Assembly: GCA_964016885.1 (NCBI GenBank)
Contig: OZ024749.1
Span: 2,046,001 to 2,110,000 of the forward strand
Length of the DNA: 64,000 nt
Source: Eledone cirrhosa
Lineage: Eukaryota
Direction of reading: 5' to 3'
This document shows, one piece after another, positions 34,251-47,456 of the stretch. Every line of letters begins with the position of its first letter. The first letter of the stretch is position 1. The position numbers and the translations under genes are program-made. Under the pieces are notes generated by a model, which saw nothing but the letters and a program-made list of their open reading frames with translations, made no database searches and was not told the DNA's origin.

Positions 34251-35045
34251 GGAAATTAGATTAATATAATGCATAGGAGCCAAAGGATTATTCTCATCTT
34301 GCTTCCTATAGAGCATATCCTCAGTGATTCGTCCATAGGAATATAGCACCCATTTTGAACAAACTAGGCTGATAACAATCAAAGAAATTTAAGAATTGCA
34401 ACAGTTTACCAGATGGGTTAAGGATGAGGAGTGAAACCGTGCACCGGATCTCCCTGCAACAAGTCTTAACACCCCCACGGGCAGGCGCTGCAAAATAACA
34501 CCCAGGAAACTATCCTTGCATACCAGACCCAGCCTCAAACGACTCAGACAAACAGATGCGGCGAAAAAAAATCTCAAAATAAGCATTGATTACATGCGTA
34601 TCGACAATGGTAAGGTTGTAACTTCATCTTGTAGCGGATAAAAAGACTGCCCTGCCCTAACACCGGCCAGAGTTACCTCCCTAGACCTGCTGCAAAATCA
34701 AAACAAGCTATTTTTGCGAGCAATGACCCTTGACGTGGATTTAACCCCAAAATCTCTTTCCGAGCAATGTAAGGAACACTTTTGATTATTTATACCCTTG
34801 AGAAGCCCAACTGGGCGAAACGTACGTAGGTGCTGTTTTAAATAAACATGTTTTAACGGTCTATTCTCCGATTTCTTACTTTCCCACGTGCTTACACTCT
34901 GCTAACTCTCTAGCCCACTAAATATTAACACTTCGAATATTTAATACTGCCGGCACTAGTATCGAGCACCTTTGGCATACGCTATTTGGCAAATAACTAT
35001 ATGTATCACCTATCCTCCCCTTTTTTCTCTCTCTCGATACGTAAT
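34250..35045 (+). mobile_element. Degenerate Penelope-like remnant with U3-A8 HHR at 34793-34832
   Basis: ccc-ttgagaa-gccc aact gggc-gaaac-gtac-gta-gg; acagtttaccagatgggtta at ~34400 resembles the PLE C-terminal TxxPxGLN with a frameshift. Confidence 0.5.
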
Positions 35046-35050
35046 TACTG

Positions 35051-35099
<49 letters not shown>

Positions 35100-35198
35100 A
35101 TATTTATAATCAACTGATCTGTTATATAACAGATGTCAAGCACTCAACAGTATCTATTTATCTGAAGTATAATCATAATAATAATAATAATAATAATA

Positions 35199-36530
35199 AT
35201 GATAAAAGAAATTGACTCTGAAGAAGGATACAAGTATTTGGGCGTTCTGGAGGCTGATGACATCAAGAACAAAAAAATGAAGGAATTGATAAGAACTGAA
35301 TACCTTCGGAGAGTAAGGAGCGTATTAAAGTCACATCTGAACAGTAGGAATGCCGTAAGTGCAGTAAATTCCCGAGCTGTGTCTATTATTAGGTACAGTG
35401 CGGGAATTCTGAGATGGAATGTTGCTGAACAAAAAGAAATGGATAGGAAGACTAGGAAGCTATTGACTATCTACAATATGTTCCACAAGAGGAGTGATGT
35501 CGATAGACTCTACTTAAGGAGATCTGAGGGTGGAAGAGGTCTTAGCAGCATAGAGGACTGTGTTCAGATGGAGAAAAACAACCTACACAAATACGTGACT
35601 GATAGTAAGGAGCCAATGCTCAGAGCTGTACTGAAGGAGGGGACAATAGGTCAGGGGATGTCCAAGGAGGAAATAACATCAAGGAGAAAGAGCAGCCTTC
35701 ATGAAAATTCCCTTCATAGTACCTTCTTTGAGAAAACTGAATTTAGAGATCCACAGACATGGAACTGGTTGAAAAGAGGAGACCTTAAAAAGGCTACAGA
35801 AGGAATGTTAATGGCTGCGCAGGAGCAAGCCCTCAAAACGAAGTGGCTGAAACACCATATTTACAAGGAGGAGGCTAGCCCACTGTGTAGGATCTGTGGA
35901 GAGAGAGAGAGGAGACTGTGGATCACATTGTATCCGAGTGTAAACACCTAGCCCAGACTCACTATAAGGGCTGGAGACATGATGTGATGGGCAGGGTGAT
36001 CCACTGGCACCTATGCAAAGTAAACAATTTACCACATTCAGAGAAGTGGTATGAGCATAAGCCAGAGCCGGTGATAGAAAACGATCAGGTGAAGGTGCTG
36101 TGGGATTTTAGGATAGAGACGGACAAGAAACTGGAAGACAATAGACCTGACCTGGTGGTTTTGGACAAGGAAAAAAGATCGTGCCTGATTGTGGATGTGG
36201 CCTGCCCATTCGACACGAGAGTGCAAGAGAAGGAGAGGGAGAAAATTAACCGATACCAGGACTTAAAGTGGGAGGTAAAAAGGATTTGGAACTGCCATGA
36301 AGTCAAAGTGGTCCCGATTGTCATAGGCGCACTAGGTACTATCTCCAAAGGTTTCCAGGGATGGTTGAAGAAAATTGGCCCCGCCACGCTTTTTGGAACA
36401 CTTCAAAAGGCATGCTTGCTGGGAACAGCAAGAACCCTCCGATACGTCCTGAATATCTGAGGCTGCAGGTAGTGGCTTGATATTCATTTCAACAAACTTT
36501 CCAGTTAAATAACATCAATGACTGAGACTC
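35199..36530 (+). mobile_element. 5'-truncated R4/Dong-clade non-LTR retrotransposon (RT C-terminus, CCHC knuckle, restriction-like endonuclease)
   Basis: YKYLG; CRICGE...DHIVSEC...YKGWRHD; LWDFRIETD...NRPDLVV...IVDVACPFD...EKINRYQDL...VPIVIGALG; one frameshift at ~35910, stop at 36460; (TAA)n on both flanks. Confidence 0.92.
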
Positions 36531-36582
36531 AAAGAACAACAACAATAACAATAATAATAATAATAATAGTAATAATAATAAT

Positions 36583-39500
36583 GGTTTCTTTATTGGCCAC
36601 AAGGGCTGACACGAACAAAAAAATATTAGAGACGGCACAGAACAGTACAGGACGATACAAAGTGGGTTTCGGTCGTGTAAACAGGTTATAAGAAGATCGG
36701 GCTAGAAATCCAAAAAAATTCAAACAACAAAAATTCCCCAAGAAGGGGGAATCCTCCGAGGATCACTCGTGGTGAAAACCACACAAAAGACCACGACGAC
36801 CAGGGCAAGCGCCCTCTCTCGCTTTTCCCACTCCTCAGTCTACAGGCGTATACTCAGAGCCGGCCCGTTCACTCGGACCAGATTCGCCACTTTCACCCAC
36901 CTTTCAACAAACTTACTAGAAGACAACACTTGCCTCTCCACCCTGATTTTCCTCTTCAAGGGAAACTTGAAAAAGTTAATCAGGGATTGGCCGGAGAGGA
37001 AAGTGTCCGTCTTCAACCCTTTCAATCTTGTCCACCACACAATCTCTTTCGCCATGACCACCAGGCAGATGAAAACTGCCTCCCCTTCCTCCTCTTTAAA
37101 TGAGGACGGCGGGGCTATCAATGGACTCAGTCGATAACCGGATTCGTCCTACACGCGACAGCAGTTGTTCGACATAGCTCCACAAGTCAGCACTGAACGA
37201 GTGCGTGCAGGACGGTTTCGTCGCCCTGCGCGCATCTCGGACAGGCTCGGCTGACAGCACCTCCGTGCCTGTAGAGCTTATCCCGAACCGGCAAGGCTCC
37301 CCGGTAGCACTGCCAGACCAGGGATTTCTGGAAGTTGTCCATAGGCCTTGTTCTGAAAGTTCTCTTGAAGAGAGCGAACAGCTGATCGTCTTCGACGCCC
37401 AGGGTCTCCCCGAGAACGTCGTCGCTCTTTCCCTCCACTAGCCCTCTATAGAACGCCGAGGTGGATGTTCCACCGATACTAGTGCCCAACCAGTAGAGGG
37501 CGGTGAGCGCTTGGTGACATTCCAGCTTCCAAGCGCTATCCCTTGGTCTTTTCCTAATCCAGGACTGCAGCTCCGTCAAGGAGACGAGCTGGGGAAAAGC
37601 GCGTCTGGCAAATAGCGACAACACTTGTTCACCGTCAAGGAAGCACCAGAGATGTGGCAGCCTCAGTGCATGTTTGAGCATCATCAGCCTCGGCATGTCT
37701 AGTCCTCCACGCAACCGGTGTTGACAGCAAATGGATCGTCTGACCATGGGAGCACATTCCTTCCACAAAAACGGAAGAGAAGGCGCTCCATTTTAGTTAG
37801 AGTTGGGCGGGGGGAAGGTACGACGGTCAGGCGATAGCTTATACGGACGCTATGTACGCATTCGACACCTCCGCCCGACTTTTCAGAGACAACCTCCTCT
37901 CGCCCCATTTCTGGGTGAGAGAGGCCACCCTGTTCGTCACCTCGCTCCAGTTTTTCTACATCTGGAGGTCCGGACCGAACCAGACCCCGAGTAATTTAAC
38001 CGGTCCTTCCGTCCAGCGCCCCACGACACCATGGACTTGATTCTCCAGGTGCCGAGTTGCAAGCCCACCGACTTTTCCTGGTTTATCTTTGCTCTTGCCG
38101 CGGCTTCGTATTCCTTGAGAGCGTTTCCGAGCATCTGGACGTGTTTGGTGCTCTACACCACCACCGTGACGTCGTCGGCGTAAGATGAAACGGATCTCCC
38201 GCATCCCAGTTCGCGTGGGACCCCCTTCATCCTCTCCAAGTTGTGTAGTAAAGGCTCTAGGGCCAGTACGTACAAGAGGGAAGAGAGGGGCAACTCTGGC
38301 GGACCAAGCGCATGATGCTGAAAGGCTGCGACAGGTGACCATTCAGCCTCACAATCGAGCAGATGTCGCTGTGCATCGCAGCGATCCAGCCCCTAAAATC
38401 GGGCCTGAAGCCGGCCGCCCCGAGGACCGCAGCCAGGTACCGATGATCGACCCTATCAAATGCTTTAGATTGATCCAAGTTGATCAGGGCCCCACCCGTG
38501 CCAGGTTCCTTAACCACCCTCTCTATGATGTATCGCATGAGATGGAGGTTGTCGTAGATGGATCTGTGCGGGATGGTGTATGTCTGCGCCTCTCCCACCA
38601 GATCACCGACGACAAACGCCAATCTCTTTGCTAACACCTTGGCCAAAATCTTAAACTCTGCGTTTAGCAGAGTTATGGCCCTGAAGTTGTCTATAACGTA
38701 CCCCTTGTTCGGGTCTTTTCTCAGCAGCGCCACCGCTCCCCGACTCATAAAACTGGGAATGCTCCCGTTCTGCTGCCAGTTGCAGTAGACATCTGCCAAG
38801 AGGTCGCCGAACAAGTCTGGCATATACGCATAAAGCTCGTAGGGCAGACCATCCAAACCTGGCGATTTACCCCTCGTGCAGTCAGACATCGCGCCCCGTA
38901 TTTCACCTACTGTTATTGGCTTTTCGCAACACTGCGCTGCGGTCGTCGAGAGCCGCAGCAGTCCATCAAGGTATGCACCGAAGTCCATACTCCGAACCGG
39001 CCCGCCGCCGCTTCCGAACAATTGAGCAAAGTGCTGTTGAAAAGCTGCACACATCTGCTCGGGTTCGAGCAACATGCGCCTGTTTTGATCAGGCAAAGAC
39101 CGAATTGTGGACTTGTTGCCACGTCGCGCCTCCACCACCCGGGCCCGTTGAACGGCTTTCGTCCCCTCGTGTCTTAGATCACGCGTTCTAGCTCTGACAA
39201 CGCAGCCTTCATGCTTTGCGTTGAAGAATTGGTCGAGTGCCAATCTCGCCGCAAGCACGTCGGTTGTGATGCCTGTCCTAAACGCCTCTTCTAGTTTTCT
39301 AACAAGCTCTCCCTCTACTTTATTTTCCTCTATCACTACTCCTTTGCTAAACCTTATTGATTCTACTCTAATAGCCCTTTTCATGGTAAACCACCACCTG
39401 TTGTTGACGATCGCACTCGTCAACGCACGCCTGTGGAGTCTATCTAAGTCAACTTCACAGATCACAAATTTGTGGTCCGTGTAGTCGACTACTTTAAATT

Positions 39501-39610
39501 GTGCACAGCCTACACTAGCCTTATCTGTTTCCCTACAGAATCACCTATCTAAATACGATCTGGATGAACCGATGCGGTTTGCCCATGTCCACATTGGCAC
39601 ATTCGACTCC
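36583..39610 (-). mobile_element. 5'-truncated, frameshifted Tx1/L1-group LINE (end of AP endonuclease, RT, zf-RVT)
   Basis: WTWANRIGSSRSYLDR, KSPGLDGLPYE, LLNAEFKILAKVLAKRL, DQSKAFDRVDH, YADDV (~38170-38185), KLLGVWFG, CPRCAQGDETVLHALVQC; AATAAA then (TTA)n tail. Confidence 0.93.
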
Positions 39611-39706
39611 CATGTACGTCAATACTCATCTTTTTCCATTTATCTGAGGGTTCTAAACCCTGTTATCAAGCTAAAATTCCTTTAGTCAAAATACGGTGAA
39701 AGCTAT

Positions 39707-39740
<34 letters not shown>

Positions 39741-40076
39741 CCAAAATATGGGCATGCATATATGCGCATGCCATATGTCTGCATAAATATATAAATATAT
39801 ATACACATGCATAAATGATTAGACATATATGTAATTTTTATTTACTAATTTTCCCTGTCCTTCCCTCTCTTTCTCCCACTATTCGTTTCACTCTTTCTAT
39901 CTCTCTCTCTCTCTCGCCCCTCTCGCTGCCCCCCCCCCCCCAATCTCTGTTATGTTTGCGTTGAATATAAATATAAACAAACTTCATGACAATTTACTTA
40001 TTGTGTTATGAAAGAAAAAGGTAGCAGGAGAATGGGAGAGAGTGAGAGAGTGAGAGGTAGATAGGGAGCGAGAGGT

Positions 40077-40119
<43 letters not shown>

Positions 40120-40921
40120 GGGGCAGGTGGAAAGAGACGTGGGCGAGGAAAGAATATAAAAAAGAAAGGGAGAGAGAGAAGGTGAGAGGGAGAGAGAGTG
40201 TGTCAGCTAGATAAGTGTTGATGGAAAAGAGAAAGACGAGGTTAAGTGGGCGAACCCTTGTTAAAGCAGGTAATATATGATTAAAATGGATATTTAGCGA
40301 CCACCATCTCCACCACCGCCACCGTCAGCAACAACATTCACAACAGCAATAACTACATAAGTAGGATTTCAAAATATGAATAAATTCTGTTATTGTTTTA
40401 TAATTTCATTTCTAGGATTTGATATAATTATTATTTATTATTGTTATTATTATTGTTAATGTTATTACTATTATTATTTTTTTATTATCTCCCCTGGTAG
40501 CCTAATGTGCAATTGTATAATAACCTTAATGTGTAATTGTATATTATTGTAAATTTGTTGTTATCTCCCTTGGTAGGTCAATGTGTAATCACATATTATA
40601 TATTTTCGTTATCTCCCTTGGTACCGTAATGTGTAATCTTATTAACGTCTTCTAGTTCTGGTCGCTGTATTCTGTTCCATATGAAGTTACATTTAATAGA
40701 ATTATTGCTGAGCCGGAGATAAATATAGACTGATAGAGAAGGAAGGGGAGAAGGGGTGAGAGGGCCCTCATCTTGGTCAGCTGACTGGGTGGAGGGCGGT
40801 CATTTGTGTTGTGTATCAGAGCGCAACGGATGAATATGAGAGACAACGTAGGGGCAGTGGTACGAGGGGGTGCATAAGGCGTACACAGAATTGTATGACG
40901 AGTAATTTCTGTTGAGGGGTA

Positions 40922-41050
<129 letters not shown>

Positions 41051-41109
41051 AAGAGAGCGAGCGGTGGATATGAGGGGTTGTGGGACAAGGGCAGGAACTG
41101 TCAGCCATA

Positions 41110-41311
41110 AGGCATATACAAGCTTGGAATTTGGTGGGAAGAGAAAAGTCGATCAAATTGACCTCAGTAGTAACAGGTACTTAATTTTATTGACCTCATG
41201 GGGATTAAAGGAAAGGCAAATTTTCGTTGAATTTGAACTCAGAACGTAAAAGGACGCAACTCTTTACCGCAGAGTATGTTTTCCAACGCTCTACCGATCC
41301 TGCCAATCCGC
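41110..41311 (-). mobile_element. Diverged Nin/Deu-like SINE copy
   Basis: ggtacttaattttattgacc...gaaaggcaaa...atttgaactcagaacgtaaa...ctaccgatcctgccaatccgc. Confidence 0.75.
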
Positions 41312-41703
41312 AAAATAATAGCAGAGAGTATATATTGTTTTATTTTGTTTTGTTTTTGAAACGTGACAGTGGTTAATCGATACATTCGATTATAATTATT
41401 AAATTATCGGGAAAACTTTATATGACTCCCCAGATGTCACAGAACGACAAAACTGATACTGACGTCGATATTTGTAATAAAGACACTTTATAAAGTAATT
41501 ACTGGATATTTGTAAACAACTGGATCACTCCCGTGACCCTGGCGACCTCACATGACCTCTCTGTCAGCTGCAGGGCTTTTTATTTCTTCAAATTATTGTT
41601 TTATTTACCAGAAGAAAACATAACAGGCAGAAACTCTAATCCTTAGATACCTTATTTTCAAAGATTCACATACAACAGGCAAACACACATAAAACACGCA
41701 CTC

Positions 41704-41751
<48 letters not shown>

Positions 41752-42322
41752 ATAATAGTAAATTTGAAGACTAAAATCCAAAGAGGGCTCGATAAGGATA
41801 AATATATATCAAATATATAAGAACCGCAGTGCAAATATTTATTAAAATAACAGATTAAAGTTTAAGCAAAGAATCGCTGCTTTCACCCTTAACGGGATCT
41901 TCTGAAACTAAAAAAAAGTCAATCTATGAACGCAGAAGTAAATATTTCAAAAAACGTTGCAACCGAAGGAAGACAGGAAGACGATACTTTGGTTCGTGAA
42001 GACGTTCCCTGGCAAAGAACGGAGAAAAACGAAGATAATACGTCATTAATTGGACATAGAGAGACACACTATACATAGATATACACACACAACACGTACG
42101 TAGACATACATAAGACTTAGTGAGCTCGCAGCTTTCATTTATATTATGGTTATGTCCTATGTTAGGATGTACAATAGTGACCCATGGTTCTTAATAGTTA
42201 AGTATTGATTACATTAGTAAAGTAATTGTTTCGGTAGCCTAGTGGTAGGTATTAGAGACGGTGGCGATCCTGGGGCTCAATCTTGGCCAGGAGTTATACA
42301 AAAGGGGTCTTACTAAACTTTA

Positions 42323-42572
42323 TGGCGGTGAATCGGCAGAACCGTAAACAAGTCGGATAGAATGCCTTGTGATCATTTCTTTTGTCTATCTGCTCTCTAC
42401 GTTCAAATCCCACCGAGGTCAACTTTGCCTTTCATCCTTTCAAGGGCGATAAAAAAGTACCAGGGTCAAATGTCTTTCACCATTCAGCAATATATTGTAT
42501 CAGTCATACACGGGGGTCGATTTAATCGACATTCCTCTCCAACAGACCTCCGAACTTGTGCCTACATTAGAG
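42323..42572 (+). mobile_element. Nin/Deu-like SINE copy
   Basis: gttcaaatcccaccgaggtcaactttgcctttcatcctttc. Confidence 0.8.
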
Positions 42573-42597
42573 TACATATCGTGGATAGCCCCGAATG

Positions 42598-43321
42598 ACA
42601 TGGTATAGGAAGCAACGGCCCCGACTGGAGGGTTGGCTGCACGACATAGGACACAAGGACATGGTATACCAAGCAACGGCCCCGATTGGAGGGTTGGCTG
42701 CACGACATAGGACACAAGGACATGGTATACCAAGCAACGGCCCCGATTGGAGGGTTGGCTGCACTACAGAGCCCCCAAGGACATGGTATACCAAGCAACG
42801 GCCCCGATTGGAGGGTTGGCTGCACTACAGAGCCCCCAAGGACATGGTATACCAAGCAACGGCCCCGATTGGAGGGTTGGCTGCACTACAGAGCCCCCAA
42901 GGACATGGTATAGCAAGCAACGGCCCCGACTGGAGGGTTGGCTGCACGACATAGGACACAAGGACATGGTATAGCAAGCAACGGCCCCGACTGGAGGGTT
43001 GGCTGCACGACATAGGACACAAGGACATGGTATAGCAAGCAACGGCCCCGACTGGAGGGTTGGCTGCACGACATAGGACACAAGGACATGGTATAGCAAG
43101 CAACGGCCCCGACTGGAGGGTTGGCTGCACGACATAGGACACAAGGACATGGTATACCAAGCAACGGCCCCGATTGGAGGGTTGGCTGCACTACAGAGCC
43201 CCCAAGGACATGGTATACCAAGCAACGGCCCCGATTGGAGGGTTGGCTGCACTACAGGGCCCTCAAGGACATGTTATACCAAGCAACGGCCCCGACTGGG
43301 GGGTGGGGTGGCTGCACTACA
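42598..43321. repeat. 61-bp tandem repeat, 12 units, two alternating haplotypes
   Basis: acatggtata(c/g)caagcaacggccccga(t/c)tggagggttggctgcac-(gacataggacac | tacagagcccc)-aagg. Confidence 0.95.
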
Positions 43322-43595
43322 TAAATATTGTGAGTTGAGCATCTTAACATCTGAAGAGTTCCTTTTTGTAAATATAAAACACAGGTGTATTAAAACTACT
43401 GATTATAAGAACAAAATGTAGAGTTTTAAAATATATATCATATATTATATATGGTAAACATAGTCGTTTTAAATAATATATACGCATACATACATTATAC
43501 ATTAACACTTATACACATACACACATATATACATATACTTAATACAAACATACACACACACATTTTAATATACATCTTCATACATATATACATAT

Positions 43596-43653
<58 letters not shown>

Positions 43654-43752
43654 CACATGCATACACCCAGACGCATATATATATATACGTATACTTAACT
43701 ACACAGACATATAGATACACGCAGACACGCATGCACACACACACATGCACAC

Positions 43753-43791
<39 letters not shown>

Positions 43792-44093
43792 AATATGTGT
43801 GTGTGATGTATGGTTTTATCTGTCTATTCTTTACTTGGCTTTTCGTGTGACATTGTCATAAAGGAAATTGCTGTTAAAATTAACGACACTTCAATAATAA
43901 CGACATTCTATTAATTATGAAGCAATTGAAAACACTCGTTGTGGACTGAAGAAAAACAATTCACTAAGTTTTATTAATGGAATTTAGTAGCAATAGGATA
44001 ATGGTAACAGATGTACACAGCACATACTTAGGTGGATGTGTATCTCACTTGTATTCTATATCTATACAATACCCATATATTTATGGTCAACGC

Positions 44094-44133
<40 letters not shown>

Positions 44134-44140
44134 GCGTTGA

Positions 44141-44194
<54 letters not shown>

Positions 44195-44230
44195 GCGTTG
44201 ATAAAGAATCTTGCTAAACAAATTCAGAAA

Positions 44231-44268
<38 letters not shown>

Positions 44269-44304
44269 GCGTTGATAAAGAATCTTGCTAAACAAATTCA
44301 GAAA

Positions 44305-44338
<34 letters not shown>

Positions 44339-44526
44339 ACACGCAGGCGCGCACACAAACACAGACACACACACACACACATGACAATATTTGTGAATAA
44401 AGATTAGAGCACCGAGTTGGCTGAGATGATTAAATATGTAGAAAAATAACTTTGAACAATTTATCCGTCTGTAAGTGTATTTTACCAAATTTACTTAGCT
44501 GTGCTTACAGCTGTTTTTCTGCGTTA

Positions 44527-44555
<29 letters not shown>

Positions 44556-44557
<2 letters not shown>

Positions 44558-45174
44558 GTAAGTATGTATGTATGTATACGTACATACATATATGTATACA
44601 GACGTACAGTAGTATGTATATATATACATACATGCACACATATATATATGCACGTATCGGTTTACCGAACATTTATTATAATGCTCGGTTTGTTTGTTTG
44701 TAAACAAACAAACAGCCCGAATTACGCCGTACAGTGTTTAGGCAACCACCTCACATTTTTGTTCAACACTGACACAGGAACGATGCACTAGTTTCAAGCT
44801 TATTAGCTATCGTCAGCATCGTATACCTTCCTGCCAAATGGTTGAACGTCTGAAAGTATATACTTTCCTAATAAGCTTGAAACTAGTACATCGTTCCTGT
44901 GTCAGTGTTGAATAAAAATGTGACGTGGTTACCTAAACACTGTACAGCGTAATTCGAGCTGTTTGTTTGTTTGTTTACAAACAAACAAACCGAGCATTAT
45001 AATAAATGTTCGGTAAACCGATACGTGCATATATATATGTGTGCATGTATGTATATATATACATACTACTGTACGTCTGTATACATATATCTATGTACGT
45101 ATACATACATACATACTTACATTTAAGTAAATGCCGTACTAAGAGTGAGAAATGAAATTTCGTTTCATTCTATT

Positions 45175-45178
<4 letters not shown>
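44556..45178. mobile_element. Inverted-repeat Penelope-like remnant (arms 44556-44806 / 44868-45122), HHR at 44780-44822 (-)
   Basis: ~250-bp arms; minus strand acgatg-ctgacga-tagct aata agctt-gaaac-ta-gtg-catcgt (triplet mutated to GUG); same family as 60193-61181. Confidence 0.8.
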
Positions 45179-45226
<48 letters not shown>

Positions 45227-45524
45227 TAGAAAATGAGGGGTTTTTTTTCAAAAAAAACAACCGAGATCTCCTACACGAGTGAAAGTATAAGGAAAAAAGA
45301 TGAAATCGAAAATGCAACTGGAGTCTTTTTAAGAATATTATTTGGTTCCTTTACCAGTTTCGCCGTTCTTATGCTTTTCAAAAGTAGAGTTGAGATGGAG
45401 GGTTTGTAGTTTTTCTCGCATATATATTGTTATACTTGGAGAGGGTCATATTGTTGTAATAATATTGCCAGAATTAATAGAACACTCTCACTGTTTGGTT
45501 GGTTTGATATATATACACACATAT

Positions 45525-45633
<109 letters not shown>

Positions 45634-45641
45634 TATGTATA

Positions 45642-46165
45642 TAAAATAAAGTTAAATAAAAGTCAAATGATTAAAATTTAGCTTCGTTTATTACTGCTAT
45701 ATATATTTCAGTGACAGCCATCTTTGGCTGTGACCTCTTCAGGCAGTTTGAATTAGTATGGTATAGACAAGTACATATGTTATTTAGGTGTATGATATTG
45801 TCAATACTCTGATATGCCCAGTTCCTTGTTGGGTTGTTAATTCACTGGGGAACTGGAGTCAGTTCCCCAGTTCCCCAGTGAATTAACAACCCAACAAGGA
45901 ACTGGGCATATCAGAGTATTGACAATATCATACACCTAAATAACATATGTACTTGTCTATACCATACTAATTCAAACTGCCTGAAGAGGTCACAGCCAAA
46001 GATGGCTGTCACTGAAATATATATAGCAGTAATAAACGAAGCTAAATTTTAATCATTTGACTTTTATTTAACTTTATTTTACACTGCTCCGGAGTAACCA
46101 AACCAACCTGCGCACTTCGTCGAGTGCTCCAGCCTGCATACTGAGGTGTTGGTATACAACCAACA
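45642..46165. mobile_element. Essentially perfect 440-bp palindrome (45642-45856 / 45867-46081), Penelope-like, with an HHR in each arm
   Basis: Arms match base-for-base on manual comparison; 10-nt spacer; (TA)n flanks. Confidence 0.85.
45976..46030 (+). ncRNA. Minimal type-I hammerhead ribozyme (mirror copy at 45693-45747, -)
   Basis: ACUGC-CUGAAGA-GGUCACAGCCA aaga UGGCUGUCACU-GAAAU-AUAU-AUA-GCAGU. Confidence 0.8.
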
Positions 46166-46180
46166 TAAACTCAAAATCTA

Positions 46181-46217
<37 letters not shown>

Positions 46218-47456
46218 CACATATGTTTCCCTCTAACATGGCAGATACACACACGCACACATCTATATATATATGTATGTTTATGCGTATATGCTTGTCT
46301 ACATACCTATGTATGTGTGTGTTTTATCCCTCTTTATTTTGACCCCCCACCCCCCACACATATATATAAAGCAATGATATATTTAACTAGTATGCCGTTC
46401 GATGGGTTATATGTTGGAAGGAAGGCAACTTAAATATATTTGTTGTTATATAATTTTTCTTTATTCCAGTTAGTCAACAGATAGATCGATAGATATATAG
46501 GTTTGAGTTGTGCTCAGATGATGTTATATTGTCCAGCTACATCAGGCTTTGCTTGTTGTCGAAATAACTTATTTTAAGAATATTCACCCTTTCTTCCCCA
46601 CTCATTATACAGATCCTTCAAGTGTAGAAATAGTAGGTTGTTCAACTATGAAAGACACCCCTCCTCTGAGTCTCTCCCCTCTCTACCACTCCCAAAATCA
46701 ATAGCAACCAAAGAAAATAATATATCTTCACTTTACAATGATTTTCAAGTTGCTTTAGCCAAACAACAAGAAAGAAAAAGAAAAATTATTTTCTGATTCC
46801 CATTTACTGTTTTCTTATTGGTATGGCAGGATTTTATAAGATGGTAAATTGGTGCCTTGCAGAAGAACGAAGCACTAGATGATAAAGAAGAATAGAGAGA
46901 AGAAGTAAGAGAAGTTGAAAAAGGAAAAGGTCATCAGAGAAAAATAAAAAGAAAAAGGGAAGAATGGCAGAAATAGGAAAAAGAAGGAAACGAAAATAAG
47001 ATATAAGAATGAAGAAGATAAAAAAGACAAACAAACTAACCAAAAACAACCAGCCATTGGGTTCCTATATCACCCTGCCACACTTTTTACAAGTATCGTA
47101 TGATCGATTTTGGAGGGACATATTCACTCCAGTTGATGATATATAGTTATGTCCAATTATCTCTCAAGGCATCGTTCATGGTCGCTTTTGAGAATGGAAT
47201 CCAGTTAAAGAAATAATCTATTGGATTCTACAAACAACTCTAGGCTAGCGCCATTATCTTTTCAATGAAGAAAATATATAGTCCTTTTGTGTGTTTCTGT
47301 CTCTCTTTCCTGCTCCTCCTCTTTACGACGAACGAAACTCTCAAAGGAATATATTTAGTTATTCAGTGTTTAGTGTTTTCAACATTTGATCTACTTAATG
47401 ACGATGTTATTGTTGTTGGTTGGTTACTAGTATTTGAGGTGGTGTTATGAAAGCAT

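Noticed and set aside
42598-43321. CRISPR-like repeat/spacer appearance
   Set aside because: Only two recurring variable blocks, no unique spacers, no cas genes, eukaryotic context
46612-46796. Possible + strand exon after tatacag
   Set aside because: Needs a frameshift to stay open; no recognisable homology
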